Source of the DNA: Candidatus Hermodarchaeota archaeon
GTDB taxonomy: Archaea > Asgardarchaeota > Hermodarchaeia > Hermodarchaeales > Hermodarchaeaceae
Direction of reading: 5' to 3'
Assembly: GCA_016839365.1 (NCBI GenBank)
Contig: JAEOUH010000080.1
Span: 1-18,130 of the forward strand
DNA: 18,130 nt
Positions 1-9,139 of the stretch are shown in pieces. Made by a program: the position numbers and the translations under genes. The notes beneath the pieces were generated by a model, which ran no database searches, was not told the origin of the DNA, and saw only the letters and a program-made list of their open reading frames with translations. The stretch's first letter is position 1. The number at the start of each line of letters is the position of its first letter.

Positions 1-179
1 ACAAGATCTCCACGGTATAGTGTGGGTTCCATGGACTCTGATTCTACGGCGAGTAACGGGGTAGGGGTTTGAAGATAGGTTTGAAGACCAATTCCCATTC
101 CCCAAATAATGATGAGTACGAGACCAATTACGATGATATCTTCAATGAGTTCCCGTTTCCAACTCTTCTCTTTACTCAA
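1..179 (-). CDS. Signal peptidase I, archaeal/SEC11 (S26B) type; N-terminal part, runs off window start
   Basis: Not in the ORF track. Manual translation from TTG at 179 gives MSKEKSWKRELIEDIIVIGLVLIIIWGMGIGLQTYLQTPTPLLAVESESMEPTLYRGDL(V): a TM helix followed by the catalytic-Ser box V-x-S-x-SMEPT-xx-RGDL. GAGGT RBS-like motif upstream. Confidence 0.9.
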   Translation of the reverse strand, partial: MSKEKSWKRELIEDIIVIGLVLIIIWGMGIGLQTYLQTPTPLLAVESESMEPTLYRGDL

Positions 180-306
180 ATCCGGAACCTCGTTGTGCTG
201 ATTAGTAAAATGAAGGATTTCTCTTAGTAAAAAGCTATGCCTATGAGATAGCCGGTTACCTAATGATTTTTGAACTCCTTGTGTTATCTTGACGTGGTGC
301 GAGTAA

Positions 307-1059
307 ATGCATTTCACAACGAAAATTTTGAAAGATATGGTAGATGAGTCCGTGCATCGTGCCTTTCTACGATATGGCCGAGGACAGTATCCAGGACCTG
401 CTGCTGAAATCACTAAAACCAAGACAGGGAATATCAAGGTCCGCACAACTTACATGTACCAGGATCTCCCTGCTTCGATTCTAATTACTTTGGTGCCAGT
501 GGAAACCATATCCATTTCTGGGATCCTCCTCGGTTATGAACCCCTCGACGAAGTGCTAGCGGACATGGGATTCGAATCGGAACCTTCGAAGAAGAAACCT
601 CGAACCCTCCTCTACGAATCGAAATTAGCCGGCGAATACTCTACGAAACAGGTTGAAGCTCTGTACAACAAGGTCGGTCCGAATGCTTATATCTTCTGCA
701 ACTTAAAAACGGGTCTTGGTTGGAGTCATAAAGTAAAAACCAAAATTCCCTCTGCGCAAAAAGAACCTCCGATTGAAGAGAGGCTTAAATTCGGGACTAC
801 TCAGATTCCTGCAAAGACGGAGTTCGAACAGAAGCTCATCTCTGAACTCGTTCCCGACTTCATTGATAAGATTCCATCACATTTCTCCTCTTTACTAATC
901 GAGAACACCTATGAGATTCAAAAGCTGATTTTTCCACCGGATATGAAAGAAATTAGCTCAAAAGAATTGCGATTGAAAACACAACGAAGCGGGTTATTAC
1001 GTCGCAACCTCGTTGTCGATGGGTCTGAATTCACTCGGGAACATTCTATGACGGTTTGA
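307..1059 (+). CDS. Archaeal hypothetical protein (250 aa)
   Basis: Long ORF with ATG and a GTGGTG RBS-like motif upstream. The N-terminus (VDESVHRAFLRYGRGQY) resembles uncharacterised archaeal proteins from recall; no functional motif recognised. Confidence 0.75.
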   Translation: MHFTTKILKDMVDESVHRAFLRYGRGQYPGPAAEITKTKTGNIKVRTTYMYQDLPASILITLVPVETISISGILLGYEPLDEVLADMGFESEPSKKKPRTLLYESKLAGEYSTKQVEALYNKVGPNAYIFCNLKTGLGWSHKVKTKIPSAQKEPPIEERLKFGTTQIPAKTEFEQKLISELVPDFIDKIPSHFSSLLIENTYEIQKLIFPPDMKEISSKELRLKTQRSGLLRRNLVVDGSEFTREHSMTV

Positions 1060-1151
1060 TAACATTCTTTAACTCCTAGACCACCCAGACCAAAAATAAT
1101 TAAAAGGTGAGGTTGTTCTCTCACTGCTGATATTCACAGGTGTTACCTAGC

Positions 1152-1355
1152 ATGCAATGGTCGTTATTTCTCCCCTGGTATCATGTGTATGGCATGTTAC
1201 TCATAGTCTTGGGTATTCTTCTTTCTGTTTGGCTAGTTTACATTGTTGAAAAAGCTCGTCAACCTCCATGGCTGAAGATGGCGTTCGCGATTCTTTTGAT
1301 TGCCCTTGCCATTGGGTTTGGTGTACAATTTCTCTTGATATTTCTAGCCATTTAA
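1152..1355 (+). CDS. Small membrane protein, two TM helices (67 aa; ORF track start 1140)
   Basis: Two hydrophobic stretches separated by EKARQPP. AGGTG RBS-like motif favours ATG 1152. Fills the gap between the neighbouring genes. Confidence 0.65.
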   Translation: MQWSLFLPWYHVYGMLLIVLGILLSVWLVYIVEKARQPPWLKMAFAILLIALAIGFGVQFLLIFLAI

Positions 1356-1387
1356 CAACGAATAACGATGGTTTGGGTGTTTTACCG

Positions 1388-2605
1388 TTAGAATAGACTT
1401 GCCTTTCCATCTAGGATTAGTTGTTGGACGGAGCAGACATCCTCCAACTCTGCGTCCATGATAGCTGTGACACTTTTCTTTACAGCATTCCAAGACGTTT
1501 TTTCATCAGGGATAACTTCAGCTGAGGCAATGAGGGGTTGGTCAATTGGATATCCAATTCGGGTGAGTATTTTGATTGCGATTTCAGAGACCCGAGGCTC
1601 TTCAACAATAATCCGATTGGCCATACGTCCAGCTAAGACATTGTAGATTTTGCCCACGTGGTTTTGAGGGTTCTTGCCTGCTGTGGCTTCCAAGCTCATT
1701 GGTCGACAAGGCGTGATTAACCCGTTTGCACGATTTCCTCGACCAACTCCTGCATCATCTCCCATCTCTGCGGATGTCCCTGTGATTGTTAGATAATACA
1801 TCCCTCGCATGGGATCATCAGCAGAGTTGACGACTACGCCTACTTCCCGGTCTGTAATCTTCCTTGCTTGGTCCAGCACAGCATTCTCTACATCTTTGAG
1901 TATTCCATGATAATGGTCCGCGTCGGGGATTAGATGAGCGATCATTGCGGCTGCGACTGTGAGTTTGATCTCGCCTTCAGTACGTAATCCCATGACCTTC
2001 ACATCTTCTCCCACCTCAGGAAGTTTCTTTTTGAACGCATCTGAGTTCAGAAGATGTTCTGTTTCATAAACAATTGTTTCCGTTTCCGAGAAGGGTGCAA
2101 AGGCGACACCAAATGAAGTATCATTTGCTCGAGGTATGTCGTCAACTGATTGATCGAAAACGTGTGTTAGATCAGCAGAACCTGGCTTGATTCGATAATC
2201 CATAATCACTTGCTCTGTGGGGTCAAGAAAACGGAGCGTTTTCTTTAGGGTATTTTTCATTGAACTAAGGGTTAAGGTTCCGAGCGGAATTCGGAGTAGC
2301 TGTTCGTCTTTGAAGATCTCTGTGGTTGCTCGGCCGACCACGCAAATGTACATTGGTTCTAATAATTCACCGCCTCCGAAAGTAACCCTGGCACGTCCAC
2401 CAGCAATTGATCCCTTGTCGACATTGTGATGGAGAATTCCGCCAAAATTATCGATATAGTAGTTGCAGAGCTTTAAACCGACATTTTCAACGACGGCATC
2501 TAGAAGGGTGTCAGGGTGACCTTTACCTTTCCGTTCAACGATTTCGAGAGCTTGTTGTTCAATGGGAAGTGTAACGGCTTTTGAAACAGCGATATTTCGG
2601 GACAT
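1388..2605 (-). CDS. mat: S-adenosylmethionine synthetase, archaeal type
   Basis: Motifs [34 protein letters not shown] and [35 protein letters not shown] upstream favours ATG 2605 over GTG 2614. Confidence 0.96.
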   Translation of the reverse strand: MSRNIAVSKAVTLPIEQQALEIVERKGKGHPDTLLDAVVENVGLKLCNYYIDNFGGILHHNVDKGSIAGGRARVTFGGGELLEPMYICVVGRATTEIFKDEQLLRIPLGTLTLSSMKNTLKKTLRFLDPTEQVIMDYRIKPGSADLTHVFDQSVDDIPRANDTSFGVAFAPFSETETIVYETEHLLNSDAFKKKLPEVGEDVKVMGLRTEGEIKLTVAAAMIAHLIPDADHYHGILKDVENAVLDQARKITDREVGVVVNSADDPMRGMYYLTITGTSAEMGDDAGVGRGNRANGLITPCRPMSLEATAGKNPQNHVGKIYNVLAGRMANRIIVEEPRVSEIAIKILTRIGYPIDQPLIASAEVIPDEKTSWNAVKKSVTAIMDAELEDVCSVQQLILDGKASLF

Positions 2606-2802
2606 CTGTGGCACCTTAGGTGAGCTCGCTTGGATAGCTCCGTTTTTTAAGAATTTCCTCTGTATGTCATCAAATATTCGTCAGACGAATAATGTTCTAC
2701 CGACCCGCGCCATAACACTTAAGCCGAGCCTTAACTACTTTGTAGTATCCTCACGGCTACTGAATTGAAAGCGGTATTAGTGGTACCGAGGAGTGATCGG
2801 GC

Positions 2803-4017
2803 ATGAGCTACAATGTCGACGAAGATGAGATACGGCGTTTAAGCAATCGCTTGGCTGAAGAGTTTAATCTCACCTATGGAACGCTAGATGAAAAGGTTGC
2901 ACGAGTTTCTGACGATGCAGCATTAGCTATTGCAGATGAATGCTGTGTTCATCTCGAGGTTGCCCGAGTAGCATATCGTGTGATGCTTGATGGAGTAATC
3001 CCTGACCATAAGCCCTCTTGTCGAATTCTAATGCAAGAGTTTGATCGTAGAGCCAAGCAAGGGAGCCCGGTTCCTGAAATTGATACATATCAACGCGAAG
3101 TAGCAGTAAAAGAAGGAAAATGGGTTGAGTATCTTTATGGACAGCTTGGGAAGGTGCTAGTCGGTGACCTTCGGAACCTTGTGAATCTTGAACGTACCAT
3201 CGCCGATGAAATCGAACCAGCAAATGAACAGGTTATCGCCGTTTTAGCACAAAGAAAAAAAATGAATGAAGGCTGTTTCAAGCCACTGATTGAGCGTTGG
3301 ATAAATGACCATGAAGGCGCAAATATCTACCTGGCTATTCAGACAATTGCTGGGGGGTTAATTGGGTACAAAGTACCAGATGTTCCTGATGCCGTTAACG
3401 GGGCTCGGGCTTCGCTTCTAATTAAGTTACGACGGTATGAACAATTTCTAAGCCAAGAAGATGATGAAGAGGAATCCCGCTTACTTGCCAAAGTACTCGG
3501 TGAAATCCAAATCCTTATCAAAGAAGTTCAGGGACCACTGGAGGCGGTCTCGATAAAAACGGCTGGTGAAATTCTCATCGAAGCCTCACCACCCCCACCA
3601 GAATCGCTCGAAGAGCAACCAAAGGGCGGCTTCATTCATTCTCCGTTCCCGTCAAAACCACGGATGGGTCCTCCGTTAAAGACACCCCTTGATTTCCTGG
3701 AACGAGATGTGTGGCTTGCATCGATGAAGGCTCCTGATGAGCGAGCTTCCTTCCTACGGGAAAAAATCTCAACAGTCACGAGTAATCTAATCGAACAGGG
3801 CACACCATTAGATAGAATCGGCGAAACTATCATTTTCGATCTAGACAGTCGATTCTCCTGGACCCGCTCAAAGAAGACAATCATTCGAGAAGAACTTCGA
3901 GAAATCCGAGATTCTGCGGGAGAGGACTACAGGGCTCAAATTGAAGCCTATATCCTTGAGAACCTGTTAGCCAAAATTCCACAACTCCGATCAAAAACAA
4001 ACAGAACGGAAGACTAA
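2803..4017 (+). CDS. Hypothetical, mostly alpha-helical acidic protein (404 aa)
   Basis: Long ORF with a GAGGAGTGA RBS. Pro-rich linker (PPPPES...PFPSKP) before a C-terminal helical domain; no family recognised. Confidence 0.8.
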   Translation: MSYNVDEDEIRRLSNRLAEEFNLTYGTLDEKVARVSDDAALAIADECCVHLEVARVAYRVMLDGVIPDHKPSCRILMQEFDRRAKQGSPVPEIDTYQREVAVKEGKWVEYLYGQLGKVLVGDLRNLVNLERTIADEIEPANEQVIAVLAQRKKMNEGCFKPLIERWINDHEGANIYLAIQTIAGGLIGYKVPDVPDAVNGARASLLIKLRRYEQFLSQEDDEEESRLLAKVLGEIQILIKEVQGPLEAVSIKTAGEILIEASPPPPESLEEQPKGGFIHSPFPSKPRMGPPLKTPLDFLERDVWLASMKAPDERASFLREKISTVTSNLIEQGTPLDRIGETIIFDLDSRFSWTRSKKTIIREELREIRDSAGEDYRAQIEAYILENLLAKIPQLRSKTNRTED

Positions 4018-4038
4018 GTGCAAGCGAGATGAAACACC

Positions 4039-4815
4039 ATGACTGAGCACAATCCACCCCTCCTTTGGGTTTTAGATTACGTTATTCCAGATTTCACAAT
4101 TCTTGGTGAGAATATCACCCTCAGTGGAGAGCTTCTCATTGCATCTCGACAACTGTTTAGTTTTCTTCAAGGAGAAGTTGTCCGGTCTGCATTTGTTGGC
4201 CCTGGTGTTGTCAAAGGACAAGTAATGATTAAAGGAAAACCTGTTGATGTGGAATATTTGGTGGGGGCTGTTATCTTCGATCCAACTAAAATGCGCCCTC
4301 GTCAGCCAATTCCACTTCTTGACATTCTCAACCCTGAAATCTTGGATCCTCTTGAACTGGCTTCCATTGAACAGGTTCAGGAGATAATACGCACCCTGGT
4401 TATTAAAAAAGGATCAGTTGAAGACTCCGGTCAGATGATAACAGTAACACCTGAAGGGGGAATGCCCACAACACTCATCAAAGAAACAAGAATTGCCCCC
4501 CGAAACATCTCTTATATTTCAGGGATGAAAAAAGCCCGATTTCTACTTGGAGGGCAAAAAAACCGGTTATATACACCATTCAAAGAAGGGCTCATACGGA
4601 ATCGGTTCAGTGACCCCAATCGTATCTGGACCTTCCGAATCGATATCATGGAATTTGACGCGTTTGATCCGGCTAGTTTCGATGAATGGATTATCATAGA
4701 GATGCAAACCGATCCAGCTACCGCCTCAACATCAAGTCAAGTTGTCGAAACCGAATTTAATTCAATTTTAGCCTATCTTCTCGGTAACCGGAAATTCTTC
4801 ATCTTTGATGATTGA
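4039..4815 (+). CDS. Hypothetical protein (258 aa), probably co-transcribed with 2803..4017
   Basis: Long ORF 21 nt after the upstream gene on the same strand; beta-rich residue pattern. Confidence 0.75.
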   Translation: MTEHNPPLLWVLDYVIPDFTILGENITLSGELLIASRQLFSFLQGEVVRSAFVGPGVVKGQVMIKGKPVDVEYLVGAVIFDPTKMRPRQPIPLLDILNPEILDPLELASIEQVQEIIRTLVIKKGSVEDSGQMITVTPEGGMPTTLIKETRIAPRNISYISGMKKARFLLGGQKNRLYTPFKEGLIRNRFSDPNRIWTFRIDIMEFDAFDPASFDEWIIIEMQTDPATASTSSQVVETEFNSILAYLLGNRKFFIFDD

Positions 4816-4823
4816 AGCCTTTT

Positions 4824-7388
4824 TCAGACTGGATTTTCAATTGCTTCAATCGTCTTCGCAGCATTTTCTGCCAATGCATTCCGTCCGATGACTTCAGCTA
4901 CGCGGTTAATCCCTTGGAGAATGTGCACTTGATTGTCAAGAAAACCAAAGATATCCCCAGGATAGATAAAGAGCTCATATTCTTCAAGGAACGTTGAATT
5001 AATTTGGGAAGGTGTAAGTCCTCGATAACGCAGGGATAAGACGGCCTTAGACACGTTCCAGATCCCACAGTCACAGAAAGGATTCTCATTGCAACGGCAG
5101 TTAAAGAAGTCCACATTCCATTTACTAAATATTCGCAGTACCCAATTGGGAAGCCGCTTCAATCGGCGGCTACGTTTAGCGCTCATTAGATCCAATACTG
5201 CGCCTGCAAATAATCGTGTAGCAAAGCGGGTGCGGAGGGCGCGTTCAATTTCACTTTGTAACCTGGGAGACAGGTACGCATTTCTTAGAGGTTCGAGTTT
5301 GACTGAAAGCTCATCAGCTGTGTTGTGTTTATGTTCTTGAATCGCTGCAACATTCGAGGCTGAAAAATACGAAATCGCCGCCGCGCGACCTAACTCGGTG
5401 GAAATAATATCTTGTTCGACTTGGGTGGCAAGCTTATGTTGCTTTAAAAACTTTAGTGCCTCTGCAAATGTCACTGTACGTGAAAGAAGTCCCTGATAGG
5501 CGTTTTCGAGACGTTTCCGGGATATTGAATCATAACTAGAAAGAGTAGCAAGGAGTTGGTCTACGGACTGCTCGTAGGTTGCTTCAGGATTTACATTTTC
5601 TATTGGATTATTCAACAAATCCAAAGCTACATCTTCTTCGCTCTTTCGTTCGTCTCCGAAGTATCTCCGCCCAATTTCAGCTAATAATACAGCTTTTCCC
5701 ACATCATGTTTTCCAAGCCTACCGGCACGGCCAAGCATTTGCGTGAACTCACCAACGGTCAAGGTCTTGGTTCCCATCATAAGGCTTTGAAAAATAACCA
5801 TACTCGCTGGAAAATCAACACCTGCAGCCAACGCGGCTGTGGTAACCACCACTGCGATTTTACCTGAAGCAAACGCTTCTTCTATTTTGCGACGTTGAGG
5901 GTAGGTCATACCTGCATGGTATGCCCTGGCTGAAATCCGATGTTTCTGCAATTCGGAAGCAATCGAGTGTGTGCTTCGTCGTGAATTGGTAAATACAATT
6001 GTTTGTCCTTGAAAACCATAGGAGCTCTTCTGTTTGAATTCGAACCTCGTAAGATCTGCAATGATTCTGAGTTTATCTGGTTCTGTAAGTACCATAATGA
6101 GGTGGCGCTGCAAGGGTACAGGTCGACCCCGAAGAATCACCGGGACTAAATTCAGCTCTTGAGCCAATTCCTCAGGATTTCCCACGGTTGCAGAGAGAGC
6201 CACTAATTGAGCTTGGGGAAAAAGGCTTCGTAGCCGCGTGATTAACCCATCCAACTCTGGTCCTCGGTCCTCATCAGCGACCATCTGGATTTCGTCGATC
6301 ACAACGACGTTGACATCGCCGAATTTATTTGCTTTACCAGAGCGAAGTAGATAGTCAAATCCCTCATAGCTTGCAACGATGATATTTGCTTCCTCGACTT
6401 CATCGTCAACAATTACCAGTGCTTCATCTCCGACATCAATACCGCTCATGCCAACACGAATGGCAACACGCAGTCCGAGCGGCTCAAATTTTTCACGATA
6501 TTCATGATATTTCTGATTGGCTAATGCCACTAAGGGGGATAAGTAGATGTAGACTTTTCCTTGCATTGCAGCTCTTAATCCGGCTAGTTCGCCGACAAGT
6601 GATTTTCCACTCGTTGTATCTGAGACAGCTAGAATCGATTTCCCATCTAATAATCCAGCATTCACAGCTTTAACCTGAATTGGAAGCAGATATTTTATCC
6701 CAGACCTTTCTAACTCCTCGATAAGCTCTTTTGGAATGGGGAGCGTAGCTACTGGAACCTTTTTCTCAGGATCTTTTACCGCATGAACCTGATCATACAG
6801 AGTCATTGCTGGATTACGACTTGGGCGAAATTGTGACGAAAGAAACGAAACAACCTTTTCCACTGATTTTAGGCGTTGTAACATTGTTTCTAAACTACCA
6901 TATGCTTGCTTGGAAATCTCAACATCTATCGATTGTAGTCGGTTCATCAACTGTTGCGATGCGCATTTGTAACAGACTGGCTGTCCCTCAAGTTGGTAGA
7001 CCTGCTGCTTGCGCAACATCGTTACCTTGCCATCAGCGATGCATGAGCTGCAAGCCCGTACAATCATGGGATCTTTTACGCCAAAATCTCTTAGCATTCC
7101 TTTTAGTTCCGTTAGAAATGGAAAATGTGGTTGTCGAGGGATGGCAATATACTCGGCTTCCCTTGCCCAAGTCACAAAGGTTTGGGGGTTGACTGGACTA
7201 ATTCCTCCCCTTCGAACTAGCCATAATTTCTCTGGTCGCAGTCGCCCTTTTCTCATCACAAGCTGAACACGAGCTCGAAGAATTGGTACATTTGATCGTT
7301 TGGGGCGAAAAATGACGACAAATGCTGCAAGCTCTCGTTTCTGCTCAGGAATTAACGCTAGACTAAAAGGAGGCTTCAATGGTCGCAT
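4824..7388 (-). CDS. Archaea-specific Ski2-like SF2 helicase (ASH-Ski2 / COG1202 / DUF5814-type)
   Basis: Q motif LLPIQ, Walker A TTSGKS, Ia PLVALANQK, II DEIQ, III SAT, IV IVFTNSRR, V TAALAAGVDFPA, VI QMLGRAGR. N-terminal CSSC..CYKC and C-terminal CRCNENPFCDC Cys clusters are typical of this family. Confidence 0.92.
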   Translation of the reverse strand: MRPLKPPFSLALIPEQKRELAAFVVIFRPKRSNVPILRARVQLVMRKGRLRPEKLWLVRRGGISPVNPQTFVTWAREAEYIAIPRQPHFPFLTELKGMLRDFGVKDPMIVRACSSCIADGKVTMLRKQQVYQLEGQPVCYKCASQQLMNRLQSIDVEISKQAYGSLETMLQRLKSVEKVVSFLSSQFRPSRNPAMTLYDQVHAVKDPEKKVPVATLPIPKELIEELERSGIKYLLPIQVKAVNAGLLDGKSILAVSDTTSGKSLVGELAGLRAAMQGKVYIYLSPLVALANQKYHEYREKFEPLGLRVAIRVGMSGIDVGDEALVIVDDEVEEANIIVASYEGFDYLLRSGKANKFGDVNVVVIDEIQMVADEDRGPELDGLITRLRSLFPQAQLVALSATVGNPEELAQELNLVPVILRGRPVPLQRHLIMVLTEPDKLRIIADLTRFEFKQKSSYGFQGQTIVFTNSRRSTHSIASELQKHRISARAYHAGMTYPQRRKIEEAFASGKIAVVVTTAALAAGVDFPASMVIFQSLMMGTKTLTVGEFTQMLGRAGRLGKHDVGKAVLLAEIGRRYFGDERKSEEDVALDLLNNPIENVNPEATYEQSVDQLLATLSSYDSISRKRLENAYQGLLSRTVTFAEALKFLKQHKLATQVEQDIISTELGRAAAISYFSASNVAAIQEHKHNTADELSVKLEPLRNAYLSPRLQSEIERALRTRFATRLFAGAVLDLMSAKRSRRLKRLPNWVLRIFSKWNVDFFNCRCNENPFCDCGIWNVSKAVLSLRYRGLTPSQINSTFLEEYELFIYPGDIFGFLDNQVHILQGINRVAEVIGRNALAENAAKTIEAIENPV

Positions 7389-7479
7389 TGGTGAACACGT
7401 TTCGAATTTGTTTTAGCTCAGGAACCACAAGTAAGGCTTTTTAGTCTTGTCTTACTCTTAGGGTGTTAGGGTTTAGAGA

Positions 7480-8172
7480 GTGCGAAGAATCGAGATATTC
7501 CCTGGAATACTATCACTGATGCTAAGTAAGGCTGCTCGTGCCGGTCGGACGGAGATTGGTGGATTTCTCATTGGAAAAATCGGGCGGAATAAAATCATTA
7601 TTACACGCGCAACCTTTCCACGGCAGAGAGGAACAAGGACACATGTTACTATCAATGATGCTGATATGGCGATTTTGGCCGAGGAGCTGGCTGAGCGGGG
7701 GACAGGTGAAGTAATCGTTGGTTGGCACCATACGCACCCAGGCCTTGGCGTTTTTATGTCAAGTACTGATGTCTCTACACAACAACGATATCAAGCATTT
7801 TTCCCCGAGGCAATTGCCCTTGTTATGGATCCAATGAAGTTCGCTCAAACCCTTGATATGGATGACCTAGACCTTCGCATTTACCGGGTTGATGGTCGGA
7901 AAGAATACGAGCTAGAATATGAATACGCACACAATCCAGCAGAAATCATTCCCGACCTATTTGGTATCATGCTTTCTTTGGAAGAAACTTCAGAAGTTGT
8001 CTACAAAGATACTTGGTTCGAGAAGATGTTACAGGAAGTATTTGGTGAGCGTATAACAACACCTGAGTTTTCCTGGGGGTTAGGGAACTTTTTGGAAGCC
8101 TTTGTTGCCTTCGGGGCTGTGATGCTACTTTGTATTTTTGTGGTCCTTGCGTTGCTTGGGTTATTTGTATGA
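7480..8172 (+). CDS. JAMM/MPN+ (Mov34) metallo-isopeptidase with C-terminal transmembrane helix
   Basis: EIGGFLIG (catalytic Glu), VGWHHTHPGLGVFMSSTD (HxH-x7-S-x2-D) and ALVMDP. Ends in the uncharged stretch AFVAFGAVMLLCIFVVLALLGLFV followed by the stop. Confidence 0.92.
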   Translation: MRRIEIFPGILSLMLSKAARAGRTEIGGFLIGKIGRNKIIITRATFPRQRGTRTHVTINDADMAILAEELAERGTGEVIVGWHHTHPGLGVFMSSTDVSTQQRYQAFFPEAIALVMDPMKFAQTLDMDDLDLRIYRVDGRKEYELEYEYAHNPAEIIPDLFGIMLSLEETSEVVYKDTWFEKMLQEVFGERITTPEFSWGLGNFLEAFVAFGAVMLLCIFVVLALLGLFV

Positions 8173-8254
8173 ATCTCTTCTCAAGATATATGGTATCAGG
8201 TGTTCTAACGCTATAGGCTTTCCAAATTATTGATTCGAGAAAGAATCGTGGACG

Positions 8255-8956
8255 TTACTCTGGTTCGTCAAAGCCTAATGCTTTCAGCGCAGCAAGGATG
8301 GCCTCTTTGTCATCCACAGAAACGTCGTCTACATCGTTACTGGCTTCTGACATGCTGACCGTTTCCAGCCCCGGTTGTTCCACGGGCGTAATCTTTGGCT
8401 CTGCTGGCGTTGGCTGAGTCTCCATAACGGGGGTAATGGTGTCCTCCGGTTCTGCGCTAGGTTCAGGTGTGGGCTCTTTGAATATTGGTTCTGTTGGTAA
8501 TTCGGGCTCACTAATGGTTTCTGCAATAGCTGTATCAGCAGGCATCTTTCGGAATCCAAGAAGTTGCTCAGGTTCGAGTGGATGAGATTCCATGATTTTG
8601 GTGACTTTGGTAGCGTAAATTTTCATGAGGCCGATATAATAGCCAAGACGAATTTGGTCACGACTTGCTCCAACCAGGAGCGTTTCCGGTGTTCCACGCA
8701 TAATTATCGTGAAACCTTTGTTTCCTCTAAGAATCACCTCAGAAAGAGTGCCTTGGCTCAGCTGTCGAAGTGTTTCTTCACCAACATTCACCAGTGTGGC
8801 TGTAGCCGCTGAGAAGATATCGGAGTCAACATCGCCACTTACTGCACAGGCAAGACGAATTCCTTCACGCGTCACAACCGCTAGGGCTTCAAGGCCAGTG
8901 GATTGCTCGATTCGTCGCATGAGGTCTTGTAAGTCTTTAAATGGAGTCTCGACCAT
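8255..8956 (-). CDS. Roadblock/LC7 domain protein with long acidic Pro/Glu/Thr-rich C-terminal tail
   Basis: First ~123 aa fit the Roadblock pattern (LEALAVVTREG, SAATATLVNVGE, LSQGTLSEVILRGNKGFTII, RLGYYI), followed by a low-complexity tail. Confidence 0.9.
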   Translation of the reverse strand: MVETPFKDLQDLMRRIEQSTGLEALAVVTREGIRLACAVSGDVDSDIFSAATATLVNVGEETLRQLSQGTLSEVILRGNKGFTIIMRGTPETLLVGASRDQIRLGYYIGLMKIYATKVTKIMESHPLEPEQLLGFRKMPADTAIAETISEPELPTEPIFKEPTPEPSAEPEDTITPVMETQPTPAEPKITPVEQPGLETVSMSEASNDVDDVSVDDKEAILAALKALGFDEPE

Positions 8957-9094
8957 CGTTCATTACATCCTCTATACCTGACTTCGTTCTTCTCTTCGTA
9001 GTTTCACTATTATAAGGTTGCTCTAGCCACTTTTGAAATTTCTGCGCTGTTGCGAGCACCGAAAATCGGAAGTCCAAAAAAATACTTTCAGTTA

Positions 9095-9119
9095 CCCCCA
9101 CCAGCAGAATGTCTGCTGG
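9095..9119. promoter_or_regulatory. Perfect 8-bp inverted repeat CCAGCAGA-atg-TCTGCTGG with adjacent C5/G5 run; candidate protein-binding site
   Basis: Arms at 9101-9108 and 9112-9119, CCCCC at 9095-9099. Lies just upstream of the TATA-like box at 9132. Confidence 0.5.
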
Positions 9120-9131
9120 ACCGTATTGTAG

Positions 9132-9139
9132 TTTAAATA
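9132..9139 (+). promoter_or_regulatory. TATA box of the Orc1/Cdc6-like gene
   Basis: TTTAAATA ending 28 nt before ATG 9168, consistent with a near-leaderless archaeal transcript. Confidence 0.55.

Noticed and set aside
4812-7266. Several short ORFs overlapping the helicase
   Set aside because: Antisense or off-frame shadows of a conserved gene.
7458-7478. TTAGGG-tg-TTAGGG-t-TTAGAG, telomere-like repeats
   Set aside because: Only two exact copies, overlapping the GGGTG RBS region of the JAMM gene; chance or translation signal is sufficient.
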